From Schmidtea polychroa (taxonomy: Eukaryota), in the NCBI GenBank assembly GCA_044892525.1, contig CM097885.1, positions 29,202,001 to 29,266,000 on the forward strand: a stretch of DNA of 64,000 bases, written 5' to 3'. Made by a program: the position numbers and the translations under genes. The notes below the pieces were generated by a model. It saw nothing but the letters and a program-made list of their open reading frames with translations. It did not search any database and was not told the DNA's origin. Shown here piece after piece: positions 54,064-64,000 of the stretch (the first letter of the stretch is position 1; the number at the start of each line of letters is the position of its first letter).

Positions 54064-56949
54064 CAGTGTTTCGAACCCCGAAAATTATGGGTTCGGGTTC
54101 GGGTTCGGGTTCAATGGAATAAAATTTAATGGGTTCGGGTTCGGTTCGGGTTTGGGTTCAGGTTCAAATTAAAAAAAGCGAAATTTTTAATTAATATTTT
54201 ATTTTGAATATATAGAAATATATATCAGTATTAAAGTATTATATAATTTTATTTAATTTATTTTTGGAAAAAATTTTCATTAAGTCTAACAAATAAAATG
54301 TTTCTTAAAGAATCAACACTTAAATGTATTCTTTGTGGAGCTAAAATTAGTTTCAGCGCAGAAAATGCCCTCTCGACGCTGACTTGTGTAGCAGGAACAG
54401 CAAATACAATCTGAGCAGCTTCATAAAGTAATGGTGTTTCCATTTTTTTTTGCTCCCAGAATTCTAAAATATTTTTGTCTTTAGGAAGCCTGGGATAGGT
54501 TTCATAAATATCGATTTCGGTTTTGAAAGCCATACAAGCATTGGATTTGTTAAAATTTTTCGGCATTGATGCTGCAGCTGATATAGAATTTTTTTCTTTG
54601 TTCTTTAGCATTTCTTCCAGCATGTCTGCTTCTTCATCTGAGGAACTAGAGATTAAATTGGAAGTGATAGTAGTTTCGCTAGTTCGTGCTTTATTTTCAG
54701 TTTCCAGATGTAAATCTTTTAATTTTCTTATTGTGGATAAAATGTGATTTTGAGCTTTGGTTGTATTATCATCATTAAGCATCAATTTGAATCTAGGATC
54801 TAAATATATGGCGGCGTTTAAAAGTTCATTATCTATAAATGATTTTTCTCGTTTAATAATATTTGAATATAAATCTGCACATAATTTTTTATTCCTGATT
54901 TTTTGTAAATCTAATTTAAACTTCAACCACAGCCCATAAAAATCTCCTAAATTCATCTGCTCATTTTGTAACTGCAAAGTTAACTTTTTAACTGGCTCTA
55001 AAATTTCAACAAAATCTGAAATAAATTGCCACATATTTTCATTCATGTTTAGATCAGGATCTACTACATCTAAACAAAAAGTTTTATAATCCAACAAGCG
55101 TTTGAGCATATCGAAGGTGGAATTCCACCGAGTTGGACAATCCAACATAGCTTTCTTTAAGCCCAACTTTTTAGCTAATGAAGCTCTATTAGGTGTCCTC
55201 AACTTTTTGGAAATATCTCTGCATGTGGCAATCTTTTTTTTTACTGAAGAGTTGCTAGTAGTGTCATAAACTGCTAATTGAGCAATATGGGCTACGCACC
55301 TAAAATGAATAATATTACCATATAAATTAGACAACATTTCCAGAGCTTCTTCTTCATTCTCAACTATTAATCCCTCATCTTCATCTTCTACTTCTTCAAG
55401 GTCAGAAACTTCTTGAAACTCATCTCTTAACAGCTCAGCCGCTTTAAGCATGTTTCTACCATTATCTGAAGTAACTGAATAAACTTGGCTTAATTGTATA
55501 TCGTAAGATTGGATTACTTCAATTATCACATTTTTTATGTAATTAGCTGTTTGACGATCGTCAACCTCATGCATGGCTAAAGTTCTCAAATTAATTTTTC
55601 CATTGTTAATGATCTGAATATTTATGCCAATTACGCTTCTACCAAGCCGGGATGCTGAATCAATTTTTACAGATATTAATTTTTTTTTCAACTCGCCTTT
55701 AATCAAATTTTTCATTTCAATAGCCTTATTATTTACTAAATCCTTAATATTTTCAGAATTTACAGCCAGTTTTAATGATTTCATTATCGGTTTTATTATA
55801 TCACGCATGCCAGCATCTTTGAAAATAGTAAACGGGCGCCCATTAACGGTAACTAATTTTATGCAGGCATCAGTGAAATATTTTGATGACATATTAATTT
55901 TAATCAAATTGAAATAATTTTCAATGGAAACTGAATTTGTATCCTGAAGTTTAAACTTTTTGGTGGTTTGTGATGTAGACTCTTATATTTCGATATTCAT
56001 CAGGATGTTTCCGTTTGATATGGCGACCCAGATTTGCAGTATGTTTACCTTTCATAGAAAAAGAGCATTTTGTACATATTGACTGGTCTTTGATAGAATC
56101 ATATTCGAAAAATTTTTTTACATGGTTTGCTGACATCTGAAGGACAAAAATTTTTTTTTAATATAATTTATAATTAAAAATAAAAACCGTAAAATGGAAA
56201 ATTTTTTAATTAATTACTACAAAAATTTAAGCACCTAAATTTATGTTAAAAAAGTTCCCACAAACATATATTCGAAGAAATATATTCGCAAGTTAAAAAA
56301 AAATTAATTAAAAAAGCGCGCTGGAATTAAACAAATGCATACATAAGCTGTAGTTAGTTATAGTTACCTTAATGTTTTATCCAAGTTTTTTCTGTAATAC
56401 AGTATTTTTAATTTTTTAATATTTATTTTCAATTAATTAATTTATTTAGCATCACACTTTTTTAAATATTACACACTTTTTAAATAATAGTATAATAATC
56501 AGGTTACAAATTTCTTTGACTTTTGAAATTGGAATAATTTTTCTTTCTGATTTTTAAATTTAATTTGAAAATGGAGAAAATAATACAATCACTATAACAA
56601 CAATCTAGATTTGATGAACACTAGATGAAAATGATAAAAATAATATACATAAATCGCGACGATGTAATCAATACAAAACCAAATGTAAATTTGTTCATGT
56701 TCATTCACGCACGATTGACGGAATATTCATGTTCTGAGAAACTAACAAAAAATAAGAAAAATGTTTCTTAGAAAAACATACATTTTTTCATTTTTTTTGT
56801 TATTCAGGAATAAAAACTTTCTCAAAAAAAATTAAAAAAATGTTTTTTTTATTGAACCTGAACCCGGTTTTTGAATGGGTTCGGGTTCGGTTCGGGTTCA
56901 CAAATTTGTTTGAACCGGAGCGGGTTTTGAGTTCGGGTTCGAAACACTG
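54064..56949 (-). mobile_element. hAT DNA transposon (2,886 bp)
   Basis: 15-bp TIR CAGTGTTTCGAACCC, 8-bp TSD GTTAAAAT and subterminal GGGTTC repeats. Confidence 0.95.
54258..56136 (-). CDS. hAT transposase (BED zinc finger, DDE core, hATC), with one frameshift near 55985
   Basis: BED finger CTKC...NLGRHIKRKH; core motifs KIDSASR, VTSDNGRNM, CVAHIAQL, TRWNST and PATQVSVERAFS. The BED frame stops at 55951 while the core frame opens just after 55985. Confidence 0.85.
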
Positions 56950-58049
56950 GTTAAAATCATAATAAAATTTGAAAACTTTAAATTAAATTATTCGATTATC
57001 AATATTAATTTATAATTCGATTGTATGAAATTAATTTCATTGAACCTTATAAATTAATAATAAAATAAATGTTGAGGTCTCAAATAAACTGAATTTGATA
57101 TTCTCAACGTTAGACTGGTGTTTATCTATATATGTTTATTCAAATATGCAACAAAACGAAGTAAGGTTTTAAAATATTTATTTTATGAAAAATGTTTAAC
57201 AAATTTAATTTCCTAAATTCTTTGTAACTTTCTTTGACAACTGAATCTATTACTTCAAATTCAAATCACAAAAATTGCATGTTGGGTGTAATATTTTCTA
57301 AGAAGTATTAACCTTTCTAGACCACTGTATAATACGGGTTTATTTTTGGGCGATTAGTCTAAATTTTATACGCGCTTATATAGTAAATTTTTATTATGGG
57401 TAATGTAAATATTTATATATTTGATATTTCTTACGTGGCTAATATTCAATGATTGAAAATAGTAGTGTAAATAAACTTTATATTCCAAAATGTTCCACAT
57501 TAACTGATTAGTATTTACTCATTTCAACGATCGAAAATTTGCATTCTTGTATTTCCTAATTGGTGAATACTTCGAAATATTCTAATAATTGTACTTTGTT
57601 ATTAACTATAATATTCTTACATTATTTTATTTAAATATTTACTCGGACCCGGCACGCAAAGGATTTTTACAAGTTTATGATTGACTGGCCCGTGATCTCA
57701 TGTTAAATAAAGCTATAATAATATTAATAAACAAAAGTTGTTTTAATATTCAATATTTAAATTTTAAATTAACTCATGAATTCAAAAATGAAGAAAGTAG
57801 ATGGCGAATGTAGAAATTTTCAATATACTTGTATGTTAGATTTTTTTTTTTCGAACAAAATGGAAAGTCAACATGTCTTATTTGCCTTGAAAAGGTTGCT
57901 GTGAATAAAGTGGCATATATTACATGGCACACCATTTTGAATATTTTGAAAAAATTACTGGAGAATCAAAAAGAGATTAAGTTAAGCAGGTGAAATCAAA
58001 TTTTGAAAAGCAGACATGAATAATGTACAAGTTTCTATGCCTTGAGATC

Positions 58050-59250
58050 ATTTTAATCGACCCCGCTTCTTAATTCGAATTTCTGATGTTAGTATTGTCG
58101 GCTTTTCGCCTTCTTCAATTAGGGATGTCTTTATTTTGTGGCATAACATCTGAATAAATGGAGTTTTTATTTCTGTGATTATTTTTTGATATTTTCGTCG
58201 AGTTGTCTTTCTCTCGTTGGTCGAATATACTTTGTACAGGTTTTCGATTTCGATTGTACACACGATCAGGATCATCATAGCTTCTGGCCATATCCCAATT
58301 TCTACCTTATACATTTAGTTGTTTGTCCAGATTATTTACACGGTTTTCTACGAATTTTACGCCTCAATTTTGTTATTTGTTTGAGTTTCTTGTTGGCTTT
58401 CTGTTGTCCAATTCGCCATTGTTATCTCCACGCTCAGTAATAGTCTTTTGAATTCTGGGGTTATATTTAAAATATGATATATCTTCAGTTGGAACAGATT
58501 TTTTACAATTGATCAAATTACAGAGTTGCATACAATTTGAAATAAAGGTGACGATGAAGAATGTGAATATTTAAACAAAGTAATTTTTTGTATATTATAT
58601 CGATAATGCATTTGTAAATTTTAATTTAATTAATTAAAAAAAACTGCGTTATACGATTTCCAGGTTGTTCATTGTTTCATTAAGTCGTAATTGTTTATTG
58701 GACTCATCAAATCCATTTTTCCCAATCGTGACTCTTATTCTTTTCTTGTAATGACAGTTTATGTGATTTCCATTGGCATGATTAATCTCTTATATGGTTT
58801 ATGATTCATGGGTGCTCATTTATTACGAGAATAACTTTTACTTTGTTTGGCTTCTGTATTTCCATTTCTTGGTCATATTTGTTTATAATATATAAAGGTT
58901 CTGCTTCACGCCCTATTTCTTATTGGTTATTTTCGTTGTATTTTTTTTGGATTTTGGACTTGTCGCCTTGCTTTACAATTTATTTAGATTGTGGTTCCCA
59001 TAAGGTTTTCGTGTTCTTTACTCTGTTCTACTGAATCCATTTTTCAATGTTAGTTTAATTTAGAACGTATGGTGCTTTACGTAATTCCATAAGCTAGTTT
59101 GTTGGGTAAACTTGGGTGCTCCCATAGCTATTCCGTCATTACAAGGTGATCCCTTGAAACATGCTCCGATTCTTTTTGCCATAAATGAATCTGGTTATGT
59201 TTCCACTATTACTCTATTAAATGTCATAAAAATAGATCAACTCAGTAATT
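58050..59250 (-). pseudogene. Possible highly decayed retroelement relic (Penelope-like?)
   Basis: Broken minus-strand frames include GIAMGAP (similar to the Penelope RT GxAMGSP motif) and a downstream Cys/Lys-rich segment. Weak support only. Confidence 0.25.
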
Positions 59251-62200
59251 TTAATCACATTCACATGTCATATTTAGTGTATCTGTTCATTATTTGTATT
59301 AACAAATAATGAACAGATACAAAAAGTGGTAACACTAAGATAAAATCTAAAACAGAACTTATTCGATCACAAAGACTAAAACTCTGTAGCATTTCAGTTA
59401 TTTCATTTTTTGAGTGCATACGCATTGTTGCAATACCAATTTTTAATAAATATAAAAAGGTCGAACCTCTATGATTACCTAAGTATTCATGTTTTTACCC
59501 GTATGCCTGACCTTAAACGACGATCGTCCTGCATATTGTACTACTTTTAAAATGCTCATAGTTTAAAATTTAAAAAATGGAATAAAGAAAAGTTCCAAAA
59601 TTAAATGACTAAGATTTTAATCAGAATCATAAGAAAATTTTCATATAAGCTGGATAATAACAAACAATTAGTAGACTCCATCGGAACAATATGTCATTTC
59701 ATAAAGATATTATCATCCCAGCGTTATCTTAGGGTTCGACAAATGTGCACTTAAAATAATCAAAAATCACAACTATCATAATTAGGATCAATTATAATTA
59801 TATGAACGTTCCAATCGAGAAAGGATAGGCATCATAGCTAAAAAGAAAACTGGAAATGCACAGGATTGAGTCCCCGACCCTGAATTGACAATTTTGTGTT
59901 GATAACTAATTATCAAATTACCTAAAAATTAATTTAAAAAGTAAGATAAATTGATGTTTTCGAAGGTCGAATTCATTAAACAGCACTTCCGCAATAAGAG
60001 TAAATAAATTCCGCTTAGCCGAAGGCATGAACGAGAGATACTTAATATTGAAAATTTTCGAAAATGACAGAACGGGAAAACTTTTCAGCCCAACTCCATT
60101 GTCAATATGGTAACTTGTGATCGACATAAAATCTATCGAGCTAAGCTGGATTCCTGAAAACCTAAAATGAAGATCGTAAATACTTAATCACCCACTGGTA
60201 TGGTGAGGTAACCAAACCCATGGGCTCGGTAACTGAGGTTTGTATTAAGCAGAACAACGATATCTAAACGAGGACGAATTAAGGATGGAATCCAATAACT
60301 CGTCCATCGCCGATGTAAATAATAAATAAATAAATGCAAATATAAATAAACTTAATTTATAATTTTTAAAAAAACTATGTCCTAAAGGAATTAAATTAAA
60401 ATTTAATATAATATATAAGAAAAAAGATCGAAAATAATAAGATTTACATAATAACCAATAAAAGTAAGTATTAACGGCTTATTATTACATATCGTATTAT
60501 TACATGATTTCAATATTACTATCATGGTTTTTTTTTCATTTGTTTGTTTTGTGATAAACAATGGGGGATAGACTGATACCTCCGTTGTTGACAACTTTCA
60601 GCACGATATCCCAGCCAACACATCTATATTATTCATGAAGAGGTCCACAACCTGTTAAGGCAAGCACTAAAATGAACAACAACCTGTAGTGGCGGTTGGC
60701 TGCGCTGTGTGTGAGAGTGGATTTTTCAACTCTTCGTTTAAAAACGAAAGATAGAAATGAATTAAATGTTGAGAATAATATGATTTTGGCGTTAACAAAA
60801 ACCCAACCTCAAATTTCGAGGATGATTAATAACATGCAATTTAAACCATCGCATTAAATTGATTATTAAACAAAATAATTTTTGTTTTTTCATTTAAGTA
60901 ACGATAGTTTTTGTAAGGATCAATGTAGAGCTCTCGATTTGTTTATTACACTTTCAATAAAGTTAAACTTCTATAGTAAATTAGGCAAAGCCCAGCGAAG
61001 CCCATCCCGAAGTGCTTATATGGAACTCTGGGTTACGCTGGAAACAGCTCGAAAAGATAAGATGTGGTCTACCCGTAACCCACCAATAAGAATAAAAGTA
61101 ATATTTAGAAAATTTAAATCAAAATTATAATAAAATTGGAAATCTTTAAATTAAATTATTCGATTATTAATACAATGAAATTAATAATTTTAATTATTAA
61201 TTATAATAAATATTTTAATTAATTTAATGCTATATTAACAGTCATCATAAATATTTAGAACAAAACATATAAGGTGTTAATAAATTTATACCAAAAAATA
61301 TGAAATCCGTCATTTTGACGTGTTACTAGTTCTGGTCTTAAAATATAAATATTCTACATGCGTTGACATCACAGTCTCTATGTGTAACATATTGTTGGCG
61401 CTTACGGATACATAAGTTTGAAGAGGTGGTAGGAAAGAAATGTTAGTGAGAGTAAAGTACTAGGTCGTGATGAGTACGATTTCCCGAAGGCTGCCACATG
61501 ACTATTTCAAAACGACTAAGCACCCATTATCGTAACCATGTTTGAATTGTGCTAATTCGGCGAAAGCTACAGAGCAGATATTAGGACTAATCCTCTGCAG
61601 ACCTTCTCTACATCCTGCCGATAGAAGGTACTATGTCGATGATTTTACAAAGCTCGGCCCTTTCATTTCCGAACGAGACCAAATCCTGGAAGGTAGTGTG
61701 AGATTGGTGAGATTGATGTTAAAATCTGCGATGAATTAATTATGCGTCTCAAAAATTAGGTTGACAATCTAATCTAATTCCAAATATCGATAGGAATTTC
61801 AAAGTATATCGTGATTCCAAATAAAATGTCCATAAGTGAAGAAATTCAAATTGCTAGATGTAAATCATACCTATTTTTCTTCTGTACTAAAAAGCTAAAT
61901 ACAGTGTCGTCCTTTTCCCCTATATATAATATTTTATTACTTAATAAACTTTACTCTAAAAAGTGGTTATAAATGTCTAATAATGTTTTGTCCTTAATAT
62001 ACTTGTGACGATTCTTTTACTAGTTGTCTCCGACCCCAGCATATATACATGCCCTTATACTTTACAATAAGCAGCATTGTAGGACCAGAAAGAATTTTTA
62101 AATATTTTCCAAACTCCAGGCAAATACGATTAAATGCTTAAAGTTTTACGGCTTGAATATTATGCCGATCATATTTAATTCAACTAAATAATATGTATAT

Positions 62201-64000
62201 TTTATCTGCGGTATAGAAAATTACATTTAGATTCATTAAGAATTAAGAGAAGTCGTTAGTTAGATGTTGTAATTTTTTAATCCAAAGTATTTATCAAGAT
62301 AATCTATCGTATGTAGTAATATATAAACCATTTAAGAATGGGCAATTTATTTTCATTTAATTTATTTTTTTGTTTAATAATAAAAATATTTATTTAAAAA
62401 TAACTCATTCGAAATTTTAAAATACAAAACTAATTTTACTTATTTAACAAATTGTAGATTTGAGTAAATTAAATATACATTTACTAGCTATTCAAAATTA
62501 AAAAGTAACAAAACCAATTTTAACTTAGCTTATTTAACATATTTTAATTTTAAACTAATTCTAAATAAACTTAATTATAAATGACTAATAATTAATATAC
62601 TTGTGACTGTTCATTTTCTAGAAGTCACCGGCCCCTCAAAAATGCACAGAACAAGCGTAACATTATTCAGTAACATAATACATGCCCTTATAACTAACAA
62701 TAAGCAGCATTATAGGACCAGAATGAATTTTATTCCCTAATTATATATAATCTTTTAATCTAATTTATTATTTAGTGTGATAATTTAGTTTTAATACTCG
62801 TTGATAATTATGTCCAAATATCCTCACATCGCTAATGAACGTTTTCGGCAAAAATCGAAAATAAGAAACTGATGATCTTAAACATAGCAAAAATAGAAAA
62901 GATAATTTTAGTCGAGTAATTCACTACACTTAATGATAATTCAAATGAAATAACATGCATTAACGACTCTTCACTTTATTACTCATTTATCATTGGAAGT
63001 CTTCACAGAATCTACGAACATTACTCATTTTAGACTCTTATAACATTTTTGAGCTGTAATTATCAACTGTTTACCTAATTCAGTAAACACTGTTGTTCAA
63101 ACAGTGTAGCCAACTGGATCCTAAGATTAATTATAAATAAGGCCGAGGACATCAAGACCAAACTAAAAAACTTGACTCGAAATCTGACAAGAAGTTAAAG
63201 TTTTTGTATTAAATCGAAATAATAATAAAATTTGCATTGAATAAGAAATCCGAAAACTATTTAGGTCCTCTTATGCATCATTACTAAACTTCCATTAATG
63301 CATAAATTAGGATAATGAAAAATATGGTATTATAATAAAAATTTTAGAAGCTGAGAATAAAAATTTAATTGTTTATTGCACTTTTTAAGAACAAAACAAT
63401 GAAATTTATTAATAAAATCATTTATAGGTAATAATTCCTTTAAATATGCACAAAACCACCGTAAAATGATTCAGTATAACTACTAAGAAAATCTTGCGTC
63501 TTAGGTTTCTAAGTTTTAAAGACTAAAATATTAAACCAAAGCTTTCAATAACATTTATTAGTATAGTCTCTGGTGAATGAAATTTGATCTTTAAAAATTT
63601 TTATTTTGTGTACAATTATTTATATAACTAACCAAATTTTTATAACTTATAACCTCGAAATTTGTACTAAAAACTAACTTCAAGGATAAAATTCAAATAA
63701 TAGATATAATTTGTAGAGACTCCAGAGTAGAGTCAAACTCCCGAGATAAAATTATCGCGTAGAATAGATTAAGAAATAGATAAGATTTGAAATATGTATT
63801 CAAACATAAAATGCTGTAATCGTTTGTGATAATCGTGCGATTAATCTGATAACTTTGGGTAATAGATACTGGATTGTTTGTTGAGAATATTGGCTTTGTA
63901 GGTGCTTCGGATTGGAGTTAAAACTCGGTGATAATATTATGTCGTAAAATAGATTGAGAATAAAATAGAATCTCCAATATAAATTTGGGCATATAATAAT

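Noticed and set aside
60150-60330. Hammerhead or other ribozyme in this GC-richer island
   Set aside because: No CTGATGA...GAAA core with flanking helices was found by eye. An Infernal/Rfam scan would be needed to exclude it.

Overview
AT-rich eukaryotic genomic DNA with 43-60 nt introns and one N gap. The host is most likely a planarian flatworm; this is inferred from intron size, composition and element type. The window is dominated by one apparently intact 30,049-bp Ty3/Gypsy LTR retroelement on the minus strand (19916-49964). It has 3,869-bp LTRs with TG...CA ends, a CCGG target-site duplication and a tRNA-Pro primer site, and is the size class of the giant planarian 'Burro' elements. Its single 4,617-aa ORF runs: Gag - three ubiquitin-like domains plus a possible CARD - Bcl-2-like domain - chuvirus-type envelope glycoprotein - protease - RT - RNase H - integrase - two ankyrin modules - a second membrane protein. 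The envelope therefore lies between gag and pol in one frame. Separate ORFs encode a full TRAF, an IAP-type RING protein without BIR domains, three coiled-coil proteins, a type I membrane protein and an LTR-encoded protein. Each of these has a YAG splice acceptor 1-5 nt before an in-frame ATG. Together this looks like an enveloped retrotransposon carrying a virus-like toolkit for TNF/NF-kB/apoptosis signalling. The element is nested inside an older related LTR. The flanks hold the 3' end of a host gene, a NUDT17-like gene, and hAT, Merlin and pogo DNA transposons. All domain calls are by eye and need HMM or structure confirmation.
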